NCBI GenBank assembly: GCA_042573625.1
Contig: JBHPCZ010000004.1
Location: 1,148 to 65,147, forward strand
Direction: 5' to 3'
Length of the DNA: 64,000 nt
Source of the DNA: Thermodesulfobacteriota bacterium
GTDB taxonomy: Bacteria > Desulfobacterota > Desulfobacteria > Desulfobacterales > UBA11574
Position numbers and translations under genes: made by a program. Positions within the stretch are counted from its first letter, which is position 1. Each line of letters opens with the position of its first letter. The notes beneath the pieces were generated by a model that had not been told where the DNA came from, searched no databases, and saw nothing but the letters and a program-made list of their open reading frames with translations. Positions 18,795 to 28,756 of this stretch are shown here, piece after piece.

Positions 18795-19790
18795 ATGCAG
18801 ATGAAAAAGGTTATATGGGTTTTTGTGCTGTTCATTGCTATGGGCCTGGTACTTGTTGCGATGCCGGCATTCGCAGCTGAAAAACAGAGCGGAAACAGTA
18901 AAGTTGCGGTCGTTAATGGAATAGTGATCACAAAGGGTGATCTGGACAGAGAGATGATTCATGTTCACCAGCAACTTGCCCGTAGGGGGAAGCCTTTCAA
19001 CAAATCACAGTTGCCAAGAATCAAGAAAGAGGTTCTCGAAACGCTTATCAACGAAGAGTTGCTTTACCTGGAAAGTCAATCCAAGGGTGTCAAGGTCGAA
19101 GAAAAAGTTGTGAATGAGCGGTTTGATAATCTGAAGAAAGGGTTTTCGAGTGAAGATGAATTCAAATCCGCATTACTAAAGGGAAAAATCTCTGAGACCG
19201 CACTCAAGTCTCAAATGCGAAAAAGAATGGCGATTCAGCAATATGTCGACAAGGAATTTGTTCAAAAAGTTAAGGTTTCCGAAAAGGAAGTCAAGGCTTA
19301 CTACGCCAGTCACCCGGATATGTTCAAGGCGCCCGAGCAGGTAAGGGTGAGGCATATATTAATCAAGGCGGATCCCGGAACGGAAAAATCCAAGAAAAGT
19401 AAAGCACGTAAAAAGATTGAAGACGTCCAGAAGAAACTGCGAAAAGGTGGAGATTTTGAAGCACTTGCAAAAGAGTATTCTGAAGGGCCCAGCAATGTCA
19501 AGGGCGGAGATATCGGGTACCGTAGCAGGGGTCAACTGGTAAAACCTTTTGAGGAAGCAGCCTTTAGTTTGCCGCCAGGCAAGGTGAGCGATATTGTCGA
19601 GACTCAGTATGGATACCACCTTATTGAAGTCATTGACAAAAAGCCTGAATCTATAGTCGCCTATGAGCAGGTCAAGGAGAAACTTCAGGATTATCTGAAG
19701 CAGAAGAAGGTTCGTGAAAAAGTAACTGGTCAGATAGAGAAGTTGAAAGGCAATGCAAAAGTGGAAAGATTTCTGGGAGACAATTCTTAA
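18795..19790 (+). CDS. SurA/PrsA-like parvulin peptidyl-prolyl isomerase
   Basis: Signal peptide, VAVVNG, VRHILIK, FEALAKEYS, GGDIG, FEEAAFSL, YGYHLI. Confidence 0.93.
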   Translation: MQMKKVIWVFVLFIAMGLVLVAMPAFAAEKQSGNSKVAVVNGIVITKGDLDREMIHVHQQLARRGKPFNKSQLPRIKKEVLETLINEELLYLESQSKGVKVEEKVVNERFDNLKKGFSSEDEFKSALLKGKISETALKSQMRKRMAIQQYVDKEFVQKVKVSEKEVKAYYASHPDMFKAPEQVRVRHILIKADPGTEKSKKSKARKKIEDVQKKLRKGGDFEALAKEYSEGPSNVKGGDIGYRSRGQLVKPFEEAAFSLPPGKVSDIVETQYGYHLIEVIDKKPESIVAYEQVKEKLQDYLKQKKVREKVTGQIEKLKGNAKVERFLGDNS

Positions 19791-20001
19791 ACCTACTATG
19801 CCAGTTGTCAAAATAACGTTCCGTTTCAGCCGAAGCTTAATAAAATATGAAAAAAAGCGAATCAATAGGAACGTATTTGTGGAAACCGCTATAACACAAA
19901 TTTCGTACTCCTAACCATTAACCAAGCTTCTCCTCAGTTAAGGTTGGATGGTGTTTTTTTAAAAAGAAAATATTTTCGCTTGTACTGTAATAGGATTCAA
20001 T

Positions 20002-22176
20002 CTATCCACTCAAACGGTGCTTCAAATACGTGTACCGTTTTCGCATTTGATCGTTCTTGATCCCGATCGCCAGCGCTTTTCTGGTTCCCACCAACACCAC
20101 CAGCTTGCGGCCCCGTGTAACGGCGGTGTAAATCAGATTTCGTTGCAGGAGAATGAAATGCTGCGTGAGCATGGGGATCACCACCGCCCAATATTCAGAA
20201 CCTTGAGATTTGTGAATGGAAACCGCATAGGCAAGAACGATTTCATCCAGGTCTGAAAAGCCATAGACAACTTTTCGTCCATCAAAGGAAATGATAACCT
20301 CCTGATCTTCCGGTTGGATGCTGGAGATTCTTCCAATGTCCCCGTTGAAGACTTCCCTGTCATAATTGTTTTTAATTTGCATGACTTTATCGGATACCCG
20401 ATATTCCCGATCCCCCCGTGTTATCCCGAACTGACCGGGATTCAGCGCTTTTTGTAACTTATCGTTGAGGTTCCCGGTGCCGACGACCCCTTTGTGCATG
20501 GGCGATAGAACCTGGATATCGTCAATGGGGTCAAATCCAAAACGTCGGGGTATCCGCTGTTTTGTGAGTTTCACAATAAGCTCCACCACCTTTTCAGGAT
20601 CTTCCTGCTCGATGAAATAAAAATCGGTATCCGTCTCGGCGGATTCAAAAAAAGGAACATCTCCGTTAATGATTTTATGTGCGTTCACAATGATTTGACT
20701 TGTTTTGGCCTGGCGAAAAATCTCGTTGAGTTTCACCACGGGTACTGCATTGGACGCGATAATATCCATGAGTACGGTTCCTGCGCCCACGGAAGGAAGC
20801 TGATCCACATCGCCGACGAGGATAAGCGTGGCATTGGAAGGGACGGCCTTTAACAGGTGGTACATCAGGATAGTGTCAATCATGGAGGCTTCGTCGACGA
20901 TGAGCACGTCGCAATTCAGAGGCTTTTCATCGTTTCTCTGGAATCCGCCTTTTTGAAAGCTGAACTCCAGAAGCCGGTGAATGGTTTTGGCCTCTTTTCC
21001 CGAGGTTTCACTCATTCGCTTTGCGGCCCGGCCGGTCGGGGCTGCCAGCATGCTTTTGGCTTTGAGACGGGAAAAAATCTTTAAAAGCGAATTGATAATT
21101 GTGGTTTTACCGGTTCCGGGTCCCCCGGTGATCACCATTACCTTGTCAGAAAGAGCGCTTTGAAGCGCAGATACCTGATTTTTAGCCAGTGTTATGGAAA
21201 GCTGCTGTTGAACCCATTTAATGGCTCTGGCCGGATCGGCAACGCGGATGAGCTTGGGTGCGTTTAACAGTTTCTTTAGCAAAATGGCGATGCGGGTTTC
21301 ACAGACGTGAAACTTTTCCAGGTAAACCGCTTTGTTATTCTCTCTGAATTCTTCCAGGTTTTCGTTCAGATCCTCTATGACGATTTTTCCTTCCAAAGAG
21401 ACGGCGGCCAGCGCGTTAACAATGGATTCCCTGTCAACCTGAAGGATTTCCCGGCTTTTTACCAAGAGGGATTCGTAAGGGTAAAACACATGCCCATCGT
21501 CCGCGAGTTGGTGGAGGACGTAGAGAATACCCGCGTTGATCCGCAATTGGGAATTTTGTGCAAATCCGAGTTTTTCCGCGATGCTGTCGGCGGTTAAGAA
21601 CCCGATCCCGAAAATATCCGTTGCAAGTTGATACGGATTTTGTTTTACCGCCGGTATGGATCTGTTTCCGTAGTGCTTGAATATTTTCGTGGCATAACCC
21701 GAGCTGACACCGTGGGATTGGAGAAAAAGCATCACCTCCCGGATATCCTTTTGTTCTTCCCAAGCCTTATGAACCATTGCGATACGCTTTGTACCGATGC
21801 CATCGACTTCGGCCAGCTTTTCAATGTCGTCTTCGATGACATCCAGCGTTTTTTTACCGAATTTTTTTACAATTCTTTCGGCCATAACAGGGCCGAGACC
21901 TTTAATGAGTCCTGAGCCCAGATATTTGCGGATTCCATAGACGGTGGCCGGCACGGTGGTTTTGTATTCCGAGACCTTGAACTGTTCACCGTATTTGGGA
22001 TGATTCATCCATTCGCCGCTCATTTTTAGGGTTTCGCCGGGCGCCGGAGACATCAGGTTGCCAACAACGGTCACCAGATCCCGCTGCCCGGAGACCTTCA
22101 CCCTGGCGATGGTGAAGCCGTTTTCTTCGTTGAAATACGTAATTCTTTCTATCTGGCCGGAAAGTTCGATAAGCAT
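20002..22176 (-). CDS. recD2: RecD2-like ATP-dependent DNA helicase
   Basis: N-terminal OB/HhH region, TGGPGTGKT, DEASM, SIHKSQGSE, YTAVTRG. Confidence 0.95.
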   Translation of the reverse strand: MLIELSGQIERITYFNEENGFTIARVKVSGQRDLVTVVGNLMSPAPGETLKMSGEWMNHPKYGEQFKVSEYKTTVPATVYGIRKYLGSGLIKGLGPVMAERIVKKFGKKTLDVIEDDIEKLAEVDGIGTKRIAMVHKAWEEQKDIREVMLFLQSHGVSSGYATKIFKHYGNRSIPAVKQNPYQLATDIFGIGFLTADSIAEKLGFAQNSQLRINAGILYVLHQLADDGHVFYPYESLLVKSREILQVDRESIVNALAAVSLEGKIVIEDLNENLEEFRENNKAVYLEKFHVCETRIAILLKKLLNAPKLIRVADPARAIKWVQQQLSITLAKNQVSALQSALSDKVMVITGGPGTGKTTIINSLLKIFSRLKAKSMLAAPTGRAAKRMSETSGKEAKTIHRLLEFSFQKGGFQRNDEKPLNCDVLIVDEASMIDTILMYHLLKAVPSNATLILVGDVDQLPSVGAGTVLMDIIASNAVPVVKLNEIFRQAKTSQIIVNAHKIINGDVPFFESAETDTDFYFIEQEDPEKVVELIVKLTKQRIPRRFGFDPIDDIQVLSPMHKGVVGTGNLNDKLQKALNPGQFGITRGDREYRVSDKVMQIKNNYDREVFNGDIGRISSIQPEDQEVIISFDGRKVVYGFSDLDEIVLAYAVSIHKSQGSEYWAVVIPMLTQHFILLQRNLIYTAVTRGRKLVVLVGTRKALAIGIKNDQMRKRYTYLKHRLSG

Positions 22177-22269
22177 ATTAAATCATTGCCTGTTGAATGT
22201 TGCTTTTTGATACAGCTCATGCTTAAAGATCATTTGAAAAGGATCTACGGAGTCTGTTTTAACGTCATT

Positions 22270-22431
22270 AGAACCTATCTCAAAAACAATCTAAGTGCCC
22301 ATGGCGGTGTTGCGAAACGGTTTAAAATGCTCGTCCGCCTCAGGAGGGCTCACATACTAGGTGTATGCTCCGCTTTTTCGACTGATTCGCGCCTTGCTCT
22401 GAACCCTAATCTTACTTTTGAGATAGGTTCT
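22270..22431. mobile_element. MITE-like palindromic element, family B-related
   Basis: Terminal IR AGAACCTATCTCAAAA/TTTTGAGATAGGTTCT, ATT on both flanks, internal catactaggtgtatg hairpin. Confidence 0.75.
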
Positions 22432-22478
22432 ATTAACTTCTCATACAATCAAGTTGTTTTGGAATTATCAAGTGATAT

Positions 22479-23339
22479 ATGATGAATAACTTCTGGAACT
22501 GGTGGCAGCATATACCCGAGCATTTAAACCCCGTCATCTTTGAAATCGGCGGGTTTAAGTTGCAGTACTACGGGTTGATGTATGTGGTTGCCTTTTTCAT
22601 TGTTTACGGTTTGGTTCTTTTTCGCATCAAACGCGAAAGACGGTTCAACGTATCATCGGATCAGGTCAGCGAACTCATGTTGAACATGATACTCGGTCTC
22701 ATCATCGGCGGGCGTCTGGGGTACGTGGTATTTTACAATTTTGGCTACTATTTAAAACATCCTCTCGAAATATTTCTGCCTTTTAAATTTTTAGACGGGA
22801 TAACCTTTACCGGCATCTCAGGAATGTCATATCACGGTGGCCTTATCGGCATTATCTTCGCGGGATGGCTCTATGTACACAAGGCTGATCTGGATTTTTG
22901 GGCAATGGCTGATTTGTGTGTTCCCGCCATTCCGCTGGGGTATACATTTGGCCGAATCGGGAATTTTATCAACGGTGAGCTGTACGGCAGAGCCACATCC
23001 GCATCGTTCGGCATGGTTTTCCCGACAGCGCCGGGATTGGGACTCCGGCATCCGTCACAACTTTATGAAGCCTTTTTTGAAGGTCTTTTTCTCTATGGTA
23101 TTTTGTGGAATTTACGACACATAAAGATGCCGAAAGGCGCCATGATCGCTTTTTATCTTTTTGGATACGGTTTTGTCAGATTTTTCATAGAATTTTTTCG
23201 CCAGCCCGACGCCCACATCGGTTTTGTTTTTATGAAGTTTTCACTCGGCCAGGTGCTCTGTTTTATCATGATGCTGTGTGGCATCTTTTTGTATCTCTAT
23301 TTGCGACGAAGTGACGCCCGGTGGACTGTTCGGCCTTAA
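22479..23339 (+). CDS. lgt: prolipoprotein diacylglyceryl transferase
   Basis: YYGLMY, GGRLGYV, GMSYHGG, RIGNFINGELYGR, RHPSQLYE. Confidence 0.97.
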   Translation: MMNNFWNWWQHIPEHLNPVIFEIGGFKLQYYGLMYVVAFFIVYGLVLFRIKRERRFNVSSDQVSELMLNMILGLIIGGRLGYVVFYNFGYYLKHPLEIFLPFKFLDGITFTGISGMSYHGGLIGIIFAGWLYVHKADLDFWAMADLCVPAIPLGYTFGRIGNFINGELYGRATSASFGMVFPTAPGLGLRHPSQLYEAFFEGLFLYGILWNLRHIKMPKGAMIAFYLFGYGFVRFFIEFFRQPDAHIGFVFMKFSLGQVLCFIMMLCGIFLYLYLRRSDARWTVRP

Positions 23340-23451
23340 CGCTAAAACAATACGGAAGTCGCTTGAAGTTCTTGGTCAAAATCAATATTAACCGTTAAAT
23401 CTGAAGATGATCCAACGGAGTCGAGATTTTAAGGTCTGAAAGGATAGTAAA

Positions 23452-23673
23452 ATGAAATTTTTTATTGCTGAAGGAAACATCGGAAGCGATGCGACAAAAG
23501 AGCAGGCTGAGAAAGTGATCGAACTGCTGAAGGCCAAGGGCTGGGATGTTGAATACGGCGTCGGGAACAATAAAGCAACTGACGTTTCAGAATTCGGAAA
23601 AGAAGAGAGCATTCTGGATGCTTTTACCGTCGATTTTATGGCCTGCATCGATCAAGTTGAGGGGGAGGAGTAA
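23452..23673 (+). CDS. small acidic hypothetical protein
   Basis: AAGGA RBS, 73 aa, protein-like composition. Confidence 0.65.
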   Translation: MKFFIAEGNIGSDATKEQAEKVIELLKAKGWDVEYGVGNNKATDVSEFGKEESILDAFTVDFMACIDQVEGEE

Positions 23674-23739
23674 TCCCCTTTTCAGATATCTGTTTGAAAA
23701 TATTTTCTTTATTTGGGTAGTTTAACGTCTTGCCCAGGA

Positions 23740-23796
23740 CTATCGATGGCAGCCGTCGCTGCAATGGGCTACTCTGGGTATTGTAAAACGTTTCAT
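23740..23796 (-). CDS. putative small peptide MKRFTIPRVAHCSDGCHR
   Basis: GGGAGGTG Shine-Dalgarno with GGAGG 8 nt upstream of ATG 23796. Confidence 0.4.
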   Translation of the reverse strand: MKRFTIPRVAHCSDGCHR

Positions 23797-23959
23797 TAAC
23801 ATCACCTCCCTGTTGGTTTTTATTTTAAATATTAAAGATATTGAGTCCGCATCCGGCGGACATCATTACCCACGGAAAGCGTAAAGTAAGACGTATTGCC
23901 ATACCGTCAAGGAAATCTTTCCGCGCGAATACATAAAACCGTATTTTTTACGATGAGGA

Positions 23960-25018
23960 TCATCTTTTCGCGCTGCAGCTGCTGCCGCCGGAACAGCCAC
24001 TGCCGGCAGCCCTGGCTTGAACCAGGCGTTCAATTTCCTTGTCATAGTATACAACCTTGGCCAGCAATTTGGCATTATTGAACCAGGCTGCATAGCGGCG
24101 CTGTTTGTCGAAATCGTTTGTTGCGCTTCCAAGAATGTTACTTTCCAGGTAGGCATTGATTAACACTTTATTTTCGAATTTTTTCATAAAATAATCAAAC
24201 CGGTACCCGGTTTTTTCAAGATCAGTTTTAAATTTCGCAAGTCCGACGCCCCGTTGTTTTAAAAATGTTTGAAACTCTGCATCCACCGCAGCATCATTCA
24301 CCGCAAACCCTGATCTTCGGATAGCCTGCATCTGTAACCCTTCATTGATCAGTCGTGATGCAATTTGAGATTTCAGATTGTCCATCAGCGCGTTTCCCCG
24401 GGGGGTGGTAAAGAGTTCACTACCGTAAGATAGGGCATACCTGTTCTTGGCATGTTCCAGCTCGGTGTTAAAATCATTCCTTGAAATATCCCATTCGCCG
24501 ACAGACGCAATATAGTTTGAGGAGCGCGCGGCTGCCAGATCCTGCTCTTTTCTGATCTGATCCGCTGAAAGGATCTCAGTAACTTTCGCGGGATAACCGC
24601 TGGCGGTGATAGCATCAGCAATCCGGTTGACATCCTTTAATTGCGAGTTGTCATAATAGACTTCGGTTTGTCCGGCAGATAGATTCACCAGAATATCTCG
24701 GATGCCTTTAAATTCGGAAAGACTTGATTTAATAGTATAAATACAGCCAGAGCAGGACATCCCGTCAACACGGAGAACAACCTTTGATACGTTGTCGGTA
24801 ATTTCGAGTTTTCCCGGCAATGTCGCATCTATGCGGTCAGTGACGGTGGCAACCGGATTGTTTGCTCCGGCTGAGGGGTATTTTTCAACACCCGGTGGCG
24901 TTCCTTTTTTATCTGTTGCCGATGTAAAGGCAAAGGAGACGACACCGATGACTGCAATTAAAACAACACTCCCGATGATAATGACTTTTTTTAGACTGTT
25001 GAATTTGTCGAAAATCAT
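23960..25018 (-). CDS. membrane-anchored HMA (CxxC) + SurA-N-like domain protein
   Basis: N-terminal TM, VDGMSCSGC, helical SurA-N-like half, C-terminal GCSGGSSC. Confidence 0.8.
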   Translation of the reverse strand: MIFDKFNSLKKVIIIGSVVLIAVIGVVSFAFTSATDKKGTPPGVEKYPSAGANNPVATVTDRIDATLPGKLEITDNVSKVVLRVDGMSCSGCIYTIKSSLSEFKGIRDILVNLSAGQTEVYYDNSQLKDVNRIADAITASGYPAKVTEILSADQIRKEQDLAAARSSNYIASVGEWDISRNDFNTELEHAKNRYALSYGSELFTTPRGNALMDNLKSQIASRLINEGLQMQAIRRSGFAVNDAAVDAEFQTFLKQRGVGLAKFKTDLEKTGYRFDYFMKKFENKVLINAYLESNILGSATNDFDKQRRYAAWFNNAKLLAKVVYYDKEIERLVQARAAGSGCSGGSSCSAKR

Positions 25019-25133
25019 GTTCTATGACCTCCCATATTATAGTATTGTTGATTTGGAGAATATTCTTCAACTATTTTCATCGTAAAAAATTTTTAAATGG
25101 TTATAATATTTCGTTATTCCTGAGAAATTCGGA

Positions 25134-25868
25134 TCAGGCTGCTCTGGTTTCAAGATGTTGTTCCGCCCCTGGCGCAATGGATTTTTTCAAGGATCTGTTT
25201 TCCTCCACCAACCGGCCGTCGCTGAGACGCAGTATCCTCTGCGCGTATTTGGCACACTCGGCACTGTGAGAGACCATGACAATGGTCATTCCCTCCTGGT
25301 TGAGCCCAAGAAGCAGCTCCATAACCTCACGGGTGGTCCGGGTATCCAGATTTCCCGTGGGCTCATCCGCCAGCAATACCGGGGGCTCGTTGACAATGGC
25401 ACGGGCGACGGCCACCCGTTCCTTTTCACCTCCGGAAATCTGATTTGGCAACCGGTGAAATTTTCCATCCAGCCCCATACTTGCAAGGGCGTGCTCAGCC
25501 ATGGATTGTTTTGTTTTTCGGTTGGTCTTGAGTGTGGTCAGGGGGAGCATGACGTTTTCCAGAACAGTCAGATAGGGCACAAGATGAAAGCTCTGGAACA
25601 CAAAGCCCAGAAACTCCCTTCGAAAATCGGCCTGCTTCTCCTGACTCAAGGCATAAACATCGATGTCGTCAACGATATACCGACCCGAAGTCGGCGCGTT
25701 CATAGCACCCATGATGGACAGCAGCGTGGATTTCCCGGAACCGGATTCACCCATAACAGCGACAAACTCCCCGGAATCGATCTGATAGCTGATATCTGAG
25801 ATGGCAGTCACTACAGAGTCTGCACTGCCGTATTTTTTGGATAAATTATTTGCAATAATGTAACTCAT
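25134..25868 (-). CDS. ABC transporter ATP-binding protein (LolD/MacB type)
   Basis: GESGSGKS, ISGGE, LLADEPTGNLD. Confidence 0.95.
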   Translation of the reverse strand: MSYIIANNLSKKYGSADSVVTAISDISYQIDSGEFVAVMGESGSGKSTLLSIMGAMNAPTSGRYIVDDIDVYALSQEKQADFRREFLGFVFQSFHLVPYLTVLENVMLPLTTLKTNRKTKQSMAEHALASMGLDGKFHRLPNQISGGEKERVAVARAIVNEPPVLLADEPTGNLDTRTTREVMELLLGLNQEGMTIVMVSHSAECAKYAQRILRLSDGRLVEENRSLKKSIAPGAEQHLETRAA

Positions 25869-25907
25869 ACTATCCTCCGTAAGAAGATACAGCTCATGTA
25901 AAAGGGT

Positions 25908-27065
25908 CTATAGGGATCTCAATGCCTCATTGGGATCCATCTGTGCGGCCATGAGTGCAGGATATGCACTGGAAACCAGCCCCATCACGATGGCCATGAT
26001 AAGTGCGCTGCCGGCCAATTCCATGTTTATCGGGATTGCCGGCACAGGGCCTTCGGAAACCAGCCTCAAACCGACATGGGTGCCGCCGATTCCGAGCAGA
26101 TAACCCAGAAGCCCGGCAAAGGTGGATACGATCCCGGCTTCAAGGAAGATGATCCACATCACGTGATGTTTGCGAAACCCGATTGCTCTGAAGATTCCGA
26201 TTTCCTGTGTACGCTCCCGTACGCTGCCCATAAAAGTTACCAGGACGACCAAACCTCCGACAAAAAAGACCACCGCTGAAATACCGTAGGAAAACTTTTT
26301 GAGCTGGGAAAGGGTTTCCATACGCCCTTTGACCACCTGCTGAATGGCCATAACCTTAGCGCCGGGAAGCACTTCGGCGATCTGTTTTACCATCTCGTCG
26401 ATGGGGCAGGCATTGCACAAAGCCGCTACTTCTACCATGGAAACCTTACCCTTTTTGTTCAGCAGCGACTGGACGGTTTCAAGGCGCGCAAAAACCAGTT
26501 GATCATCCTGTGAGCCTGTAGGTTCCAAAACCCCGGTAATTTTAAGCGAACGGCTGTTCACGTTTACACTATCGCCGATCTTAAGAGACAGAATTCGGGC
26601 GGCCTCGGGACCCAGCAGAAGGCCCTGCTTGCCAGGGAATTCTCCCCTCACTTTCCACCAGGGTTTCAACGTGCCGGCAGTTTTAAAATCGATCCCGGAA
26701 AGCAAAACTCGCTTATCCCCCACCTGGATGTTTCCCAGGACCATCGGGCCGACGGCGGCGACATTGGCTGCATTCTTTATTGAATGGATGCCCGCCAGAT
26801 CCGACTGGCGGATTTCCTGCATCTCAAAAGAAACGCCGCCGAGTGAAAGGCCGCCATAGGTCAGGGTGAGGTTGTCCGTCCGGGGAACAATCAAAATATT
26901 TGCGCCGTATTTTTCAAGTTTTTGATTGATGTCATGGGTTGTGGCATCTACAAAACTAATGACAGCCACCACTGTTGCCACACCAATAACGAGTCCGGCC
27001 AGCACAAACATTGCCTTGCCCTTGCGGCGCATCAGATTTTTCAATGCAATTTCTTTCAATGTCAT
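25908..27065 (-). CDS. ABC transporter permease (MacB/FtsX type)
   Basis: KNLMRRK, SVRERTQEIGIFRAIG, DPNEALR; periplasmic ALCNACP. Confidence 0.92.
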   Translation of the reverse strand: MTLKEIALKNLMRRKGKAMFVLAGLVIGVATVVAVISFVDATTHDINQKLEKYGANILIVPRTDNLTLTYGGLSLGGVSFEMQEIRQSDLAGIHSIKNAANVAAVGPMVLGNIQVGDKRVLLSGIDFKTAGTLKPWWKVRGEFPGKQGLLLGPEAARILSLKIGDSVNVNSRSLKITGVLEPTGSQDDQLVFARLETVQSLLNKKGKVSMVEVAALCNACPIDEMVKQIAEVLPGAKVMAIQQVVKGRMETLSQLKKFSYGISAVVFFVGGLVVLVTFMGSVRERTQEIGIFRAIGFRKHHVMWIIFLEAGIVSTFAGLLGYLLGIGGTHVGLRLVSEGPVPAIPINMELAGSALIMAIVMGLVSSAYPALMAAQMDPNEALRSL

Positions 27066-27068
27066 GGT

Positions 27069-27632
27069 TTACGTCCTTCCGGAAAAGTCAAAATATTGCT
27101 TGCCCTCGAGAATGTCGCTATTATGGATGACCAGTTTGTCGCCCACAATTCCACGGGTTAACGGCGCAGGGTTGCATCCCCCCTTGACTTCGTTGACCAG
27201 GACCGATGCGAATCGGCGTCCGCAATTTCGGCAGACCATATCATCGCCCTCCTGGTAATACCCTTTGCCGGCCGGCCAGCAGACATCACAGGCGTCAAAG
27301 GCCGCCCGGATCACACCGTCTGAGCTTTTCAGGACAAAGTAACGGATCGTAATATCATTATGCTGGTATGCGAAATGGTGGGCTATTCCATCATTGAACA
27401 GCGCTGTCGGGAAGTCCACCGCAGTGGCGTTTGGCGCCGCGGTTGCGGGCGCGGTGGCCGATGCCTTTTTCCCGGAGAGGCTGTAGAATGCGATGCCACC
27501 GGTTAGAATCAAAACGGTGCAAACGAAAAAGATTATTAGCGGTGCTTGGCGTTTTCTTTCAGTGCCGAGAACAGCGGCTTTTTTGACTGATCGTTTATCT
27601 TGGTTTCTGGTGTCGCGTTTTTTCCTGGACAT
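27069..27632 (-). CDS. DUF2318 family membrane Fe-S-type protein
   Basis: FDACDVC...CRNCG...GGCNP. Confidence 0.88.
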   Translation of the reverse strand: MSRKKRDTRNQDKRSVKKAAVLGTERKRQAPLIIFFVCTVLILTGGIAFYSLSGKKASATAPATAAPNATAVDFPTALFNDGIAHHFAYQHNDITIRYFVLKSSDGVIRAAFDACDVCWPAGKGYYQEGDDMVCRNCGRRFASVLVNEVKGGCNPAPLTRGIVGDKLVIHNSDILEGKQYFDFSGRT

Positions 27633-27770
27633 AACAGAGATCTCCTTGATGTTTTTCTCAAATGAGTTCGATTGTGAATATGCAAAACAGATTCGTTTAA
27701 CATGGATATTTCACACAAACGAATCCGGGTATGGGTCAAATTTTAGATGAGATAGTGCAGATCGGATGGA

Positions 27771-28190
27771 TTAACAGATAAAAGTTTGGTTTTGAAGATA
27801 TATGGGAATGGGGTCGATAGTGATCCAAAACGGGTTGAAATTTTTATTTCCTATCGTTGGTAGCCGGAAAGAAGGATCATTGACAGCAACGCTAACTGTG
27901 CCATTAACCGGCGCTTTCATATCTTCCGTTGCAGATGATACGATAAGGGGCGGTGTATCCGGCATCTGGTTTTTATTCAGAGCACAAGGAACCGTAGCTG
28001 TGGACGAGCAGCATCCGTGTTCGATGGAATCAATGACAGAAGGCGGTCCATTGTGATGCATCATCATTTTGGTGCAGCAGCAGGGTTGGCTCGCGCAAAG
28101 TGCGGCACCGCCTGCCGTAACTGCAATAATATGAATGCCGAGCATCACAAGAGAAAAGCTGGCAATTATTTTTTTGGAGAATGGGTTCAT
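27771..28190 (-). CDS. Cys/His-rich exported hypothetical protein heading the metal ABC operon
   Basis: Signal-like N-terminus, CCC, HH, GCC, C-terminal PIYLQNQTFIC. Confidence 0.7.
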   Translation of the reverse strand: MNPFSKKIIASFSLVMLGIHIIAVTAGGAALCASQPCCCTKMMMHHNGPPSVIDSIEHGCCSSTATVPCALNKNQMPDTPPLIVSSATEDMKAPVNGTVSVAVNDPSFRLPTIGNKNFNPFWITIDPIPIYLQNQTFIC

Positions 28191-28431
28191 GTCTGTTGAT
28201 TTTTAAATTATATTAGCAAACATTATATGCCACATTGTCGTAGTTGTCAACCCAAAAAGCCAGCAAGGAAACCTTTTGAAAACAGATCGTGCTTTTTACA
28301 TTTAATGCATTGTCGGCAGCCTTTTGAGTTCGTTTGTGAGTGAATTGGGCTGAAAACCCAAATCCGTTGCTTTCGAATTGTCAAGAGAAACGTCAGGAGG
28401 TCTCGGTGCCGGCAGGCTTAAATCTTTCTGT

Positions 28432-28748
28432 TCGTCCTAGATACTGACAGGAGAAGGTTCAACCGATCCGGTGTGCAACGATACGCGTGAGGTATCACTC
28501 AACCGGTATTTTCAATATCGAATGTCGAATATAAAAGGAAAACAGCGTGTTTGCTTTCGGGTTGAATTTCCCGTAAAATTTGGCGCTGTCATTTTACAAA
28601 GGTCGAAAAGACTTCATTATTCGACATTCCTTGTTGAATATTGGATATTCGGCAACGTGTAAAATAGCAACTGTGTTCAGAGCCTGGGGCGATGCCTCCA
28701 TCATGATGGCTACCGGATGCTTCCCGCTATGCGGGAAAAGAGCCCACT
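28432..28748 (+). repeat. family C element copy 2
   Basis: Aligns with 13117-13454; left hairpin lost; ttcccgctatgcgggaa right hairpin. Confidence 0.8.
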
Positions 28749-28756
28749 CTTTTTCC

